A DNA stretch of 64,000 bases from Camelus ferus. Lineage: Eukaryota. Of the stretch, positions 23,021 to 37,863 are shown one piece after another. Numbering within the stretch: the first letter of the stretch is position 1; each line of letters begins with the position of its first letter. The stretch is from positions 71,488,001 to 71,552,000 of the forward strand of contig NC_045696.1 in NCBI RefSeq assembly GCF_009834535.1. Direction: 5' to 3'. The notes below the pieces were generated by a model. The model saw only the letters and a program-made list of their open reading frames with translations, was not told the origin of the DNA and did no database searches. A program made the position numbers and the translations under genes.

Positions 23021-25479
23021 CGTATATAATTTTACTCCTTAGAGGAAGATGATGAGTTCCCCCTCAAGTCACACAGAATATTGATTGGCATTTATGAAGC
23101 TTCCACAGCAATAACAACAGTAGCTATGATATTTGTATATGTTATCTTGGACCAAGCTGGAACAAATATTTGTTGAATAAATAAACCAACAGTAAGGCCA
23201 AGAACTTACTAGAAAGCCCTGCGTGACAAGGGAATAGAGGGATTTATAATTTGTCACCCTTGGCCTCCTGATCATAAAGTCTATTAGGGGTAAAGACAGA
23301 TTAACAATATTTGCCCAACAAATTTTTATTGTGTTTCTATTCTGTGTCCTGGCACTGTGCGCCCAGCACTATGTTAGATAATGAGGATTGGAAATGAACA
23401 GAACAGTTCCTGCCCTTCTGAAATAAACTGTCACTCTAATCTGAAAGAGCAGGAAAGGCCCCATTGAGCCTTAAACTAAGACCCAAAATGAGAATAGGAA
23501 CTAGGGAGATAAAAATAAATTTCATGGACAAAGAGGTAGGGTAAATGGTCACCATGAGTATATCTGTATTCTCCTGCTTTGGGGGTCTAACCCTGAGACA
23601 GGGGCTTAGAAATATCCAGCTAAGTGTGGAGGAGACCAGAAGCCCACTTCCCCTGGCCCAACTTGGAAGGCTGCCTGATTCTGGCAGAAGTCTTACATTG
23701 ACCAGGGCTCAGGAGCAGACAGCAGCATTAGGGAGAAAGAGGAATCTGAGATAGTGCTGCTGGGTGTCTACAATTTGCAGATGACTGTCCCCCACCAGAT
23801 CCAAGCAAGAAACCGACAGTCTAGTTGGCCTATCTGAATTTTGGCAAAAACCAAATCACACCCTTGCAGATCTTATCGGACCCCATCCTTCCATGTGGAT
23901 TGTGAAGCCCCTGTGAATACAAATTTGGGGAATAGGGGAGTTACACTCCTAGGCAAATACCCAAGAGAAATGAAAGCATATATCTACACAGAATTGTACA
24001 GGAATGTGCACAGCAAAAGTGTGTGTCTCAATAAAGTTGTTTAAAAAAGTTATCTCTGGGCATAGGCTAAAAAATACCTGAAAAATACTTGTAAAGGTAA
24101 GGTAAAGTACATATAAAATTTCAGCTGGAGTATGATTTGATTGTGGTGGATCTAGACAACGTAAAAAGGGGAATGTACAAAAGTTATTCTACTTAAACTT
24201 CTAGATCAAGTTTTAACACAATACTGAGATATTTTTGTTTATTACTTTTAAATTGGTCTTATGCACACTACACCTCTCTATTATGAAAAATAAATAATGA
24301 CACATGTTGAGCTTATTTATTTGTCAACAGAATTTTTTATATCCTTTAATTTTCTTGATGGTATTTACTTGTATTCTCCTCTGCTAGCTTTTATCATGAT
24401 CTTCCCCTGGGTTCCTATTTTACAGCCAAGTGTTCCAGAAATGCCCCTTGAATGCCCTTAGTCAAGAGGTATAGATAATCCTGACCTGACCGTAAACAGC
24501 CCTCATTTCCAAATATAATGATGCCTCTGGTGGCCTAGACTAAGCCTAAACAAATAATGCTCCATATATGTCAGGTTTCAAAAATCAATTACTTCTCGGA
24601 GTACTATCCCTGACATTAGAAGTCTTATTTGGACTTCACAATGGTGCACCCATGGCAGACAGTGGGATGGTGCCCCTGCAATCAGATCTCGGATTCTTCC
24701 AATGCAAGTGAACAGGGGATTTTAATTGGGAAGAACAATCTTCTATAAATTCACTTTGGCAGTGAGGCATACATACCTTGTGCATAACTTTTATTCTCCA
24801 AACATCTCCAAACTCTTGTACTTTGTGTGGCCATTATGTTTCTCCTTCTATGCTTACAAAATGCCTTCTTCATATGTTCAGAGTAAACTCATCTAGGTTT
24901 GGTGTTCCTCCCCAGCTGAACAGCACATCACGTCAGAAGAGTCATAAATGTGCCTAGAGAAGAATTTTTCACATTACAAAAGGAACAGAAGGAACAAAAG
25001 GAGGAGAAACTGTCAGGGAATTTTCTGTGCTGCTTGTATTCTGTTCACTATAGACAAGACCAAGTTGAGAATCCGAGTAGTCAGATAATATGTATAGAAT
25101 GAGTTTGGATCTTCATGACCTAAAATACAGGCAATCTGTTTCAAAGTTTAAAACAAATCATAATGGGGAAATGATAGCTGGGAACTTTTTTTGGTTTTTT
25201 GTACTCAATCGTGTACCGCTTGTACAATGTTGACATTTATATTTTGTGCAAAAAAATTTATGCGACAGCATAGAACTAAGAAGCTGTGTCTCTCCTCCCC
25301 TTGCTTTGTCACTGCATCTCTCTCCTTGTAACTAACTCTCTCCTTTTAGATGTGGCATTCACAACAGCTTGGCAGACTTCACATCCATTCCTAACTCTTT
25401 CTCCCTTTCCTTCTTCTATAGAAGCTAGAAAGTTAAACACTCAAGTTTCCTACCCTCCCTTGCAGCCAGGAGTGACCAT

Positions 25480-25970
25480 GTTGTTACCAAGTCCAAACTC
25501 ATTCTGCTCGCCACACGACAGGCCAATAAATTGGAATACAAGGTATTGGGACCAGGAATAATGACTGTATTCGGAAAGCCGGCAGACTGAGAAGATGGCA
25601 GACTGATGTCCTGGAGATGTCCCAAGTCAGAATTCAGGCTCCTTTTATACTAAAAGGGGAAAGGGTATGGTCTTATGGTTGGAATCCTTTGTTCGTGTGG
25701 GTCAGGTCATGTTGTCCCTGTAAACCTCCAACAAAATAAATGCTATTTTCTATTCTGCAACTTTTTATCTTTATCTGAATGGAAAACTGTTAATACCCTT
25801 AAAATTCAAAGCCTTGAGAATAGGCTATCCCATATATTTCAAACTGTAGGCAGCATTCCTTTACCAAAGGTGCAGAACCAGCACAACTAAGCCCAGGAAA
25901 CAGAGCACAGGGTTAAAGCCAAAGGAACAGACCTAGTATGGAGTCAGATTTGTTCTTTTTTATTACAGTG
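25480..25970. mobile_element. ERV solo LTR
   Basis: 'tgttaccaagtccaaactc..' to '..tattaca' termini (TG...CA) with LTR-like internal sequence. Confidence 0.6.
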
Positions 25971-27064
25971 TGACTAAGTTTTAGGCAAAAAGATGAAATC
26001 ACAAGTTCAATGAATAAAAAGAGAGACTCCCAAAGAAAGGGAAGAGATGTAGCTGGCCCTGCCTTGGTCCTTTTGTCCCCTTCTTCCTGCCTTGAATTTG
26101 GATGTGATGCCTGAAGGTACGGCAGCCATCCTTCAACCAACCTTCAAGCCAACACCTTAAAAATGGGCAGAAAGAAAGCAGGAGCCTGGGTCTGTGAGGA
26201 TGGTGCCAGGCCTGGACTGCCAGCTTGCCTGTAAGAAAAATATCATTTGTCTAAACAACTTGTAGCCAGGCTTTCTGGTATTTGCAGCCAACCACATTCC
26301 TATATGACACCCAAGAGTTCTTCGGTGTATTTCTTTCCTTATCTTCTTCAACTCCTCTGTTAGTTCTTTCTCAGTCTCTCCCCCAGGTCCTCTTTCTTGG
26401 CCTATGCCTGAATACTGAGGTTTCTGTCGCTTCTGTCCTTGGTCTCTTCTCATTTCTTGAATAATTTTCTCCTTGTGCATAGCTTCAGCTACCCCTTACA
26501 CACCAATAAATTCCAAATCTAGACTATGAACTTGGGCCTTCATCCTGAATCTGGACCATTATTTTCAAGTGCCTTTAAGACACTTCCCCTTAAAATGCCC
26601 TGAAGCAAATTCAGCCTATCCATGATGAAATTCATTCTTTTCCCCCCCTCATTCAAGGCTTATTTTTCTCCTTTCTTATCTATTTTGGTTAGTGGTTTCA
26701 CCATCCACTCAGTCATCTGAGATAGAAACTTTGAAATCTTCCACCCCTTATTTACCCTCACAGGTCACATCCAATTAGTCACCGGGTGTTACTGAATCCT
26801 TAGTCACCAGGTGTTACTGAATCCACCTCCTAAATTCTTCTTAGGTCATCTCCCTCCCTCTTATTCCCTCAGCTGTTGCTCTGGTCCAGGTGCCCATCCT
26901 CTTTCACCTGGACTCCGGCCATTGCCTCCTAATTGGTGGTGCTGCCTTCCTACTCTCCCCCTCTAGTGCATCTCAACTGCTGGGATCAACTTTCTACAAC
27001 ACACATCTGATCACCTTGCTCTACTATTTAAAACACCACCCAATGCCCTGCCCCCATTACCTAG

Positions 27065-27725
27065 GACCAGTGATTCTCCAGTGATTGAAATTTTACTGTG
27101 CATCCACATTACCCGAAGGACTGTTTAAATACAGATTATTGGGCCCCTCCTCCAGAGTTTCTGATTCAGTAAGTCTGGGCTGGGCCCTAAAGTGTGCATT
27201 CCTAACAAGTTTGCGGATGATGCTGAGCAGGGACCGCATTTTGAGAACCAGTGGCCTGGGCTAAAGTTAAAACTTATTAACGTCAGGTTTAAGATAGTTT
27301 ACAACTGACCTTCCCAGTTTCTGGCTGCTGCTCACCACATACCTTAAGTTATTTCTGAAGTCACCTTCCACTCTTATGTCAAGGTCCTGACTCACTCTTT
27401 TCCACCTGCCTGGAATGTACGTCCCCCTTCTTATTCCTGGCCAACTCCCCACCAGTACTTCAGGGAAAGTCCAGCTCCAGCCTTTCCCTTCTGAAGAATT
27501 AACTCATGCTTCCTCCTCTACACTCCTTTTGCACTTCATACATAGGGTACTTTTTGGTCTTGCTACTTAAGTGATGGACCTCAACCAACACTAGGGCCAT
27601 CACTTGGGAGCTTGTTAGAAATGCAGACGTTCAGTCTCCACCCAGACCCACTGAATCAGAATCTGCAACTTAACAGGACCCTCAGGTGATTCCTATGCCA
27701 ACTGAAGTGTGAGAAGCATTGCTGT
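27065..27725. mobile_element. Two MER5A-like hAT fossils (~27065-27255, ~27560-27725)
   Basis: 'cagagtttctgattcagtaagtctggg' and reverse-orientation 'cccagacccactgaatcagaatctgca'. Confidence 0.8.
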
Positions 27726-28344
27726 GCAGGGTCTTGAGCTATGTATTGTGATAGCCACTCTGATTACAGTATTTCCTTTAATTCCTTCAGCAGTCCCAAG
27801 GCTTATTATGATTGTCTACAATTTATAAAAAAGGAAATGGTGGCTGGTAGTAACAGAGCTGGGGTTGAAACCCAGGTCCATCTGGCTTCAAAAATCTGTG
27901 CTTGCTCTGCTTACTGTACCCATTGTCTGCTTATTACAGGTCTTCACACATAGCACTGTAATTATCTATCCGTAAGTGTGCCTCCCTGTCCACGTAAGAT
28001 GCTGAGCAGGGCAAAGTCCTATTGTCTCTAGACCTCAGGAATGAACACCAGACTGAAAACAAGGAAGAACCTTTGTTCTTTCTCACTGTCAACTCCAGTT
28101 CTAATAGCAGCTTTAGGTAGGATGAGGCTTTTTTGAAAAAAAATTGAAGTATAGTTGCTTTACAGTGTGTTAGTTTCAGCTGTGCAGCAAAGTGATCCAA
28201 TTATGCATACATACATATATATATTTTCAGATTCTTTTCCATTATAGGTTATTATAAGCTATTGAATATAGTTCCTGTGCTATACAGTAGAACCTTGTTT
28301 AAGGATGGGCCTTTTGAAGGAGTTTACATGAATTTTAAAAATAT

Positions 28345-30000
28345 AACAGCTTTATTGAGATATAATTCATATATCATATAATTAACTCATTCAAAGTGTA
28401 CAATTCAATGGTTTTTAGCGTATTCACAGAATGTGCAATCATCATCACAGTCAATTTTAAAACTTTTCATCGCCCCAGAACAAAGCACATGTCCATCAGC
28501 AGTCACTCTCCTTTTCCACTAGATCCTCCGTCTCTAGGCAACCACCAGTCAACCTCTGTCTCTATAGATTTGCCTATTCTGGGTATTTCATATTAATGGA
28601 ATTGTACAATAGGTGGCCTTTTGTGACTGGCGTCTTTCACTTAGCATAATGTCTTTAAAATTCAGCCATGTTGTAGCATGTATCAGTGCTCCGTTCCTTT
28701 TTGATTGCTGGATAAAATGTCCCTTTTTACTTACCCATTCATCAGTTGGTAGACACTTGAGACACACCTTTTGGCTATTACAAATAATGCTGTTATAAAC
28801 ATTGATGTATAAGTTTTTGTGTGGACACATGTTTTCATTTCTCTTAGGTATACCCCTAGGAGCTGGGTTATATGGTAACTCTATGTTTGACTTTTTGAGG
28901 AACTAACAGACTGTTTTCCAAAACAGTTGTACTTTTTTAAATACTCAGCAGCAGTGTATGAGGATTCCATTTTTCCCACATCCTTGCCAGCATGTTATTA
29001 TCTGTCTTTTTAAAAAAATTCAATTTGTTTAAACCAACCAACCAAACAAACAAACAAATCGTGTCTTTTTTATTATAGTCATTCTAGTGGGTATGAAGTG
29101 GTATCTCATTATGGTTTTGATCTGCATTTCCCTGATAACAAATGATATTGAGCAACTTTGCTTACTGGTCATTTGCATATCTTCTTTGGAGAAATGTCTA
29201 CTCAGATCTTTTGCCTTTTTTTTTTTTTTGAGGGCGGTAATTAGGTTTATTTATTTATTTACTTAATGGAGGTACTGGGGATTAAACTAAGGACCTTATG
29301 CATGCTAAGCATGCAATCTACAAATTGAACTATACCCTCCCCCCACTTGACCATTTTTAAATTGGGTTTTTTAGTTTATTGAGTGGTAAGAGTTCTCTAT
29401 ATGTTATGGGTTAAATTATGTCTCCTCCAAAATATTTGTTGGAATCCTAGCCCTTGATACCTCAGAATGTGACTTTATTTGGAGATAAGGTCTTTACAGA
29501 TGTAACCAAGTTAAAATGAGGTTTTAGGGTGGGCCCTAATCCAATATGGTGGCTGTCCTTATAGAAAGGGGAAAACTCGGACATAGAGAGACATGCACAT
29601 AAGTAGAACATCATGTGAAGATGAAGGCAGAAAACAGGGTTGATGTAGCAGAAGCTAATGGATGCCAGAGATAAACAGAAAATACCAGAAGCTAGATGAG
29701 CAACATGGAACATTTTCTTCCTCTCAGTCCCCAGAAGAAATCAGCCTTGCCGATCTTGATCTCACACATCTATCCTCCTAAACTGTGAGGCAATACATTT
29801 CTGTTGTTCAAGCCACCACCCAGTCTGTGATACTTTGTTAATGGCAGTCTTGGGAAACTAGTACATTGTATATTCTAGATACAAGTTCCTTATCAAATAA
29901 TATGACTTGTAAATATTTTCTCTCATTCTGTGGATTGTCTTCTCAGTTTCTCAGTGGTATCCTCTGAAGCACAGAAGTTTTTAATTTACATGAAGTTCAT
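28345..30000 (-). mobile_element. L1 3' fragment (antisense) with nested SINE (~29215-29345) and MLT1 LTR (~29400-29865)
   Basis: L1 antisense motifs ('gtggtatctcattatggttttgatctgcatttccctgat'); SINE 'ggaggtactggggattaaactaaggacc'; MLT1 'cagaatgtgactttatttggagataagg'. Confidence 0.85.
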
Positions 30001-32039
30001 TTTCATTTTGACTCCTTTGCAGGGTTGGTTTTTGAGGCCAGTCTTAGATTTATTCTGATCCCAGGAGGCATTTTCTTAGCTGTTTCTTTCCCTGGTTCTC
30101 ACTGGTAAACTAGCTGGCCTGTGATGTCGTCTGTTGATCTCTTGGAGCTACCAGCCTCCTGTTAACTGTCTACTACTACTGTTCTCAGGAGCTCCCTTAG
30201 GCTTGAACATCCTCACACTCTGAAATAAAGTCAGTCAGCTTTACAAGCAGGGTGCTGTGCTGAGGTGGTAGCCTCTGGTCTGCTCGACTTGCCTTTTTTG
30301 GTGTGGAACCTCTGCCACACCAGTGGAGCTAGCTGGAGGAAGGGTGCCTCCACCTCTCAGCGATACTCACCTGGAAATTAGCCTAGGGAACCTGGAACGG
30401 TGGGGGATGAGAAATGCTGGTGGCCTGCCTTTCCCTTGGAAATATCCTTGCCTGGGGCCAGGTGAGCAGGAGCCCTACCTTCTTGACCACACCCACTTCG
30501 AGTGTAGCTTCTGTCATGTTGAGTTGGGATGGGGAGAGTGAGGTAGAAACTGTGAAGTGGCTTAAGTGCTATACACTCTATCTGTTCTTACTAAGTTTCA
30601 GTAGATTTTCTTGAATAAATGTTTCTTATTTACACACTTAGGAGAATTTCTAGAGACTTTAAATGTTGTTTTTAAAAATAATTTTCGCCAATTACAATTG
30701 TTTTGCTGAAGTGCGGGCCCATGGAACTCTTCACAGCACTATTCTGGAAATAATTTATGTTATTTTGATTAAAAATGGGATCATTGCAGATGTGGGTACA
30801 GGTTGGGGTTAGGGATAGCAGTAGCAGAGTAAGTCAGGAATAAAAGATTAGGTAACAATCCTTTGGGGCTTCCAATTAGCATAACAAGAGAGAAGCAGTA
30901 GGTGAGAACCAAACCAGGGATCACGAAAGAACTTTGGAGGCCTTATAATTTCCCTATTTGTCTATTTTTCAACATACCCCTTCTGCCCACAGTGATTATC
31001 AGTCAAATATATTTCATTACTTAATCTGTGCCAGGCACTTTGCCAGGTCCTGGGGATAGAGTTAGGTTAACAAGACAGACCTGGTCTTTGCCCTCGAGGA
31101 GTAAAAAATAAATCCATTTGGGGAATCAGGAAAGGATTCATAAATGAGGTAGCATTTGATCTGGACTCAGAAGCAAGGAGAGGGTTACTACTGAACCTAA
31201 ATTTAGACAGAAACCCAAAACCTAATGATAAGGTCAGAGAAAGTCACTGTTATGTAAATGCCAAGAAATCATTAAAACTACTTTAACACATATTGATGAG
31301 ATTTTTCAGTTCTAGGCAAATTCAAAATAGGCCTTTTGTCATTGGCCCTCTAACAATTTTCTCTCTCCTTTCACTTCCTAGTGAACTTGGGTTTATCAAA
31401 ACTACCTACAAAGTCATCTTACCCAGGCTGGTCCTCTCCCCTGGATTGGATTTTTGACTAGATTCTTGGACCTCATCAAATAAGAGATGGTTCCTGATTT
31501 TGAAGAGTCCATAATCTGGGAGAGAAAGATAAAAAGTCAAGTAAACTGAAAAGTTCTCTCACAGAGGTACATAAAGGAGGCAATGAGGGCACACAAGTGC
31601 CATCTAACTCAGACTGGGATGGGAAGAGAATGATCATGGAAGCTCCCCTGAGGAAATGAACCCTATCTCTTTCAGAGAATGTAGGGCAGATGGCTGGAGG
31701 CCAGGCTATATTCCAAGAGAAGGAAGCCAAAACAAAGAGGTGGGTAAGTCCATGAAGCATTCCTCCTCGCCCCCCACCCCATCCAAGATTTGGGGAATTC
31801 CATATTGTATTTATTTTGGCAAGAAGCAAAGCCTTCCTCTCCCTAAGGAATTCAGATGTCTCCCTTTCTCTCACTTTCCCTCTATCTCCATCTCCCTGGC
31901 CCTTAGCAGCCAGTCAGCGACGTGAACTAGTGTCGGCTAATTGTTTCCACTGGCAATTTCAATCAAGGAGTAAGTGAGGTAAAAATAAATTTATTAGCAT
32001 GGTGGATGCATAGGGATGTTCTATCCAGGTTATTTCTGC

Positions 32040-32520
32040 TGTCTACTAAAATAAATGCACAGTCTAAAAGTTGAGAGTTATGGTTTATTTGACAGACATT
32101 TCTGAGGATTCGAACCCCTTTGAACCCAGGATGACAGCATCCCAGATCGCTCTGAGGGACCGCTCCGAAGAGGTAGGGAAAGAGCCAGGATATATGAGTT
32201 TTACAACAAAGACCAGGTAGTCGGAACATTAAAAGATTACTTATTTACTGAAGAAAACCAGACATTTTAAGTTAAAGAATTTAGCATTTTTCTACATATG
32301 GGAGGGAGGAAACATTTGGGCTCATTGAAATCATTCCTTTGACAAGCACCTAGCTATCTAGGTCCAGTACCCTGTCCTTTCTCATTCTGAGTCCCTTCAG
32401 GCTGCTGAGGCTGGGCTGCCTGCTTGTTTTCACTGTGGAAGGTGGCGGGCAGGGGCTGATAACTTGATAGCTTCAGCATTCTTTGCTTACTGATATGATT
32501 TGTAGTATTTTTCATTCACA
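32040..32520. mobile_element. ERV solo LTR
   Basis: 'tgtctactaaaataaatgcac..' to '..ttcattcaca'; LTR-like composition. Confidence 0.55.
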
Positions 32521-32699
32521 CTGCTTAAAGATCATTGTATGTGTCCTGTTCCCTGGCTCTCTGGAGCTGCCTCAGTTTCTGCCTGTTTTCCAGGTATGAC
32601 ACTTGTCTCACTCATCAACTCTGTGAGCCTCTGCTATCTTCCAATAAATTCCCTGTTCACACAGAGTTGTTTCAATCATATGCCAACAAAGAACTTTGA

Positions 32700-34330
32700 T
32701 CTTGGGCAAACCATTTAGAAGGCTCTTCAATATCAGAGCTGATGAAGGTGTGAACTAAGGCACTGGTAGGGAGGATGGGAAGATAAATGGATAGACAACA
32801 ATATAAAGAGGAAGATTTCCTTGCACAAGGTAGGTATTCAATAAATAACAGGAAAAAATTACTCCTAGATTTCTGGCTTTGATAAGTAGCCAGTTTTGTT
32901 GCTATTAACCAGAAAAGAAAATACAAGATAAATATTTTTGGATAAAGAGGTTTTTGAGTTTCAGGTTTTAGTAGTCCCATATTAAGGACTCATACAGACA
33001 TTTCTGGAAGTCATTTGGATATAAGAACCTAGTCTAAACATTTAGATTTAGGAGTCATCAAATATACTGGAACCATAGCACTGGATAAAATTACCTAGGA
33101 TAATTATCTACAGGGTAAGAAGAAAGCCTGATGATTGAGAATTTAGGGCCAAGGTGGAGAAAGGGCCCATGAAAGAGAAGTAAACTGAAAAGTGTGATGA
33201 TAGCCAGGATAGAACAATATCATCAAGGAGCATTAAACTTGTTAAATAAGAAAACGACTTAATTTAGCAACGAACATGTAATAGAGCTCTTGGCAAGTGT
33301 GATTTCCGTAGTGCTGTGAGTATGTGAGGCCAATTGTGGTGTATTAAGAAGTGAGGCAAAGGAGAGACTTAAAAAGAAGGTAGAGTTAGAAAGGAACTTG
33401 GGGCTGCAGAAAGGATTTTAAAGATGGGAGAGGCTAGAGTATGCTTAAATGCTTCAGGAAAGCGCTCATAGGAAGAGAGGTTGAAAATCAGAGAAGGAGA
33501 GAGAAGGAAGTCCTTAAGACACTGGATGAATGGGATTCAGAGTTCAGATGGGGGAGGGGCACCTAAACCCTGAAGAGAGAGGATAGTATAGGAGTGGAGA
33601 TTCTACTGCGTGTCTTTCAATTCTTTGAAAAGAAAGGAAGATCAACTGCTGAGAACAAAAGAGAAGATAGTGGAGTGCTGCAGGAGAGTGGTGAATTAGC
33701 TGGTATAGAGATAGGAAAAAGATGAGAGCAGGTTCACACTGAATAAAGCCTGGCTGAGAATATCTTGCCCAGCTGAAGTTGGAGATGACAGAATTTTAGA
33801 GGTACAAATTTGCAGCTAATTGATTTTCTCTACCTGTGCTCAATAACTTGGGAGAGGAGCAGAGAGGGCCAATAATTGGGCTGATAAACATGGATGCAGT
33901 AGGAGAGTAAGTGAAATGGGAGATCAAAAGGTGAGCAAATCTTGAGTGCTGGTGAGAGTGTTGGAGTGACACTGCAATGATGGAATGCAGGCTGGGAAGG
34001 GATAACGGGTACCCCAGGGGCCTGCATGAAGAGATGTTAGAAGACTGGAGATCTGGGTGAGCTCACAAGGAAAGTCATAGAATGAGAGAGGTGGAAGGAA
34101 AGGAGGGCTTTAGAGTTTAAGGTTTCATTGGAAGAGTAATTCTGGATGATGAAATGATCTGAGGAATGGCCTTGTGTGTTGGAGTGAGTGGGAGTGAGGG
34201 TCTGTTGACTAGAGGTCAAAACAATGTGAGGTTAGAGCAAAGGGATGGGTCCTATATGCTTAAATGACCCAGGATAATGGCAGAAATCAAATTTAAAGAG
34301 CAAGACTATGAGTCATATGTCAAATCTGCT
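32700..34330 (-). mobile_element. L2 fragments (antisense)
   Basis: Purine-rich L2-like motifs ('tagatttaggagtcatca', 'gatttaatttagcaa'-like). Confidence 0.55.
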
Positions 34331-36199
34331 GATAAACAATCTTATGAATGGTAGGTATCCAGAAACCACAGGTTGAGAAGTAGAAATTTTTTTTACTTCT
34401 CCAACAAACTAGGACCTTAGTGTAATGTTATTCCTATGTCTCAGTAAGCAGCCCTTCCCTGATTGCTATGTATTTCCTCACTGGACAGAAAACTCTGGAG
34501 GGCAGGGCCTGTCTTATTAGATTAGATCCCACAGCACCTTATCCAGTGCTTGACAGCAATTGGAAAGAAGAAAGCATACAATCTCTTTACTCTAGAAAGC
34601 GGTGATTCCTTATTCCCATTTGCACCATTCTCGGTACCTGGAATCCTCTAACTTCCTCTATCATACTATATAGAATTTATCTGTTCATATGTCTGCTTCT
34701 CCCATCAGTCTGTAAACTTTGAGGACAGGGACTTTCACATTCATTACTGCAGTCCCAGAGGAAATATTCTGTCTGATCCACATTAAGAACTCCAATGTTT
34801 GTCAAATAAATAAATAAATACATAAATGAATGAATCTCTCAGCTGTTAATAACTACCATTCCTGATTAAGCCCCATTGCCAATTATTGAGCTTTGGTCTT
34901 TTCTCTCTAATTGCTGCCAGACACTGGGTAAGGTGCTGTGGAACTAATCTAAAAGGCAAGCCCTGCCCTCCAGAAGCTTTCGTTCAAGTGAGGAAATAGG
35001 TAAAAATCAGGGAAGGGCTGCTTGCTGGGACATTACGTGCTTTTACATTCTAATGTAATCCTCACAAACAAGCCTAAGTAGGAAGAGGGGAAACTGGAGC
35101 CCAGAAGGGTTGAATTATCTTGCCCAAAGACAAACAAGCAGTAAATGTTAAAGCTGGCATTTGAACACAATTCTGACTTCAAACTTACTTTCACATTATG
35201 TTGCCACCAAGCCTAGCCTAAGTGTAACAACTAAGATTTTTCAGAAAATCAATTTAAGTGGATGGCACCACAGTGCTAGCTTTATCATTAAGGCAATGAT
35301 TTCCAAGGGATTTTTTTTTTAATTGCTATGTATTTTAGTCCTGTGTCCTCTGAAAAGCAGACACCAAGATGAGATCAAATGTGCAAGAATTTTTAATAAA
35401 AACATGCAAGAAAATGCCTATGAGGGAAAACATGGAGGGAGGGAGAGAGAAGCCTGGGAGAACCAGTGGATCCCAAAAGCAAGTGAAGAAGAGAGGGAAA
35501 GAAGGTTGGATAGAAGCATCTTACGTTGCCACATAGTCTCATGAAGGTTGGACAAAGCAGAAGGAAAGTCCTGGAGCCCAAATCCACCATCAGAAGAGAC
35601 CTCTCTCTTAGGAAGAAGTGTGCCTCAGTATCCCTGCTACAAGTCATTGGCTGAAAGTAGCTGGTGGGAGGTGTGGCTTAGCGCAAATGCAAGTGCATAG
35701 CAAAGCCAGCAGCGGGGCATTATTTAGTCAACTGTACTCCCTGTGACTGGAGTTCAGGCAGGCCCTTTTCCATAGCTGTCACACTATGCTAGAAAGGCTG
35801 CTTTCTCTTTTGTTTTACCTCTTCTGTTTACCTACTTGCAGACAGTGAATTCCTTACTATCTCTAGTGTCATTCACCAAATCTCAGTAGAATGGAGTATG
35901 TGTGTTAAACAAGTAACTATCATTTAAAATCCTCTTTCCTCTTTCCATTTGGACAAGATGCCTCCCTTTGTCACATTTTTCTCTAAATAAAAAGAAACGA
36001 ATATTCAAAGCCTTGACTTTTTGCACTGATTCCTCTTTAGCACTTTGGTTATATTACATATGTATTATTATGTGTATTAAACTCTGACTCAAAAATCCTG
36101 TTTTAAGGACTATACAGGCTCTTGTATAAAAAACAAAATAGTGAAGCATTAAGGACCTCTGTGCTGAGCGTGCTATTAAAATATAATAATGAACAGGTG

Positions 36200-37832
36200 A
36201 TTTTTTTTTTAAAACTGAAGTATGGTTGATTTATAATGTGCTGGTTTCTGGTGTATAGCATGGTGATTCAGTTATACATATCCTTTTTCATTATAGGTTA
36301 TTACTAGCTATTGAATATAGTTCCCTGTGCTATGCAGTAGGAACTTGTTGTTTATCTATTTTGTATATAGTAGTTTGTATCTGCTAATCCAAAACTCCTA
36401 ATTTATCCCTCCCCCTTTTCCCCTTTGGTAACCATAAGTTTGTTTTCTATGTCTGTAAGTCTATTTCTGTTTTGTAAATAAGTTCATTTGTGTCATATTT
36501 TTAGATTCCACATACAAGTGATATCATGATATGTCTCTATATAACTTTACTTATGATGGTAATCTTTATGGCTGAGTAATACTTCATTGTGTATATTGTG
36601 GTGTATATATACACCACAACTTCTCGTCTGATTATCTGTCAATGGACATTTAGGTTGCTTCCACGTCTTGGCTATTATAAATAGTGCTGCTAAAGAACAT
36701 CATGTATCTTTCTGAATTAGAGTTCCCTCCAGATATATGCCCAGGAATGGGATTGCAGGATCATATAAGTCGTCTACTTTTTGTTTTTTGAGCAATTTCC
36801 ACACTGTTTTCCATAATGGTTCACCAAACTACATTCCCATCAATATTGTAGGAGGGTTCCCTTTTCTCCACACCCTCTCCAGCATTTATCACTTGTGAAC
36901 TTTTGTTTTTCATTTTTTCTTGAGTTATAGTCAGTTTACAATGTTGTGCCAATTTCCAGTGTAGAGCACAATTTTTCAGTTATACATGAACATACACATA
37001 TTCACTGTTGCATTATTTTTCACTGTGAGCTACCACAAGATCTTGTATATATTTCCCTGTGCTATATAGTATAAACTTGTTTATCTATTCTATATATGCC
37101 TGTCAGTATCTACAAATTTCAAACTCCCAGTCTGTCCCTTCTCATCTTACTCCCGCCAGCAACCACAAGCTTGTATTCTATGGTTGAGTCTGTTTCTGCT
37201 TTGTGTTTATGTTCATTTGTCTCTCTTCCTTCCTTCCTTCCTTTCTTTTCTGTCCTTCCTTTTTTCTTTCTCCCTTTCTTCCTTCCTTCCTTTTTTTTTC
37301 TTTTCTTCCTTTCTTCCTTTCTTTCTCTTTCTTTCTCTTTTCTTTCTTTCCTTTCTTTTTCCTTTCGTTTTTTTAAGATTCCACATATGAGCAATCTCAT
37401 ATGGTATTTTTCTTTCTTTTTCTGGCTTACATCACTTAGAATGACATTCTCCAGGGACATTCATGTTGCTGCAAATGGCGTTGTCATTTTTAATGGCTGA
37501 ATAGTATTCCATTGTATAAATATACCACATCTTCTTTATCCAGTCAGCTGTCAATGGACATTTAGGCTGATTCCATGCCTTGGCTATTGTAAATAGTGCT
37601 GCTATGAACATTGGGGTGCAGGTGTCTTTTTGAAGTAGAGTTCCTTCTGGATATATGCTCACTTGTGGACTTTTTAATGATGGCCATTCTGCCTGGTGTG
37701 AGGTGATACCTTTTGTATTTTGATTCGTATTTCTCTCATAAAATTAAGCATTTTTTCATGTGCCTATTGGCCATTTGTATGTCTTCATTGGAGAATTGCT
37801 TTTTTAGGTCCTCTGCTCATTTTTGGATTGGG

Positions 37833-37863
<31 letters not shown>

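Noticed and set aside
21921..23042. 373-aa and overlapping GC-rich ORFs
   Set aside because: Low-complexity Pro/Arg/Gly/Ala ORFs on both strands are expected in a CpG island, where stop codons are scarce; no recognisable domain.
24380..25270. Unassigned non-repetitive-looking intergenic stretch, considered as another viral gene or pseudogene
   Set aside because: I recognised no motif or ORF on inspection; left uncalled.
37096..37500. Lys/Glu/Arg-rich and Phe/Leu/Ser-rich ORFs
   Set aside because: Translation of a simple-repeat tract inside an L1.
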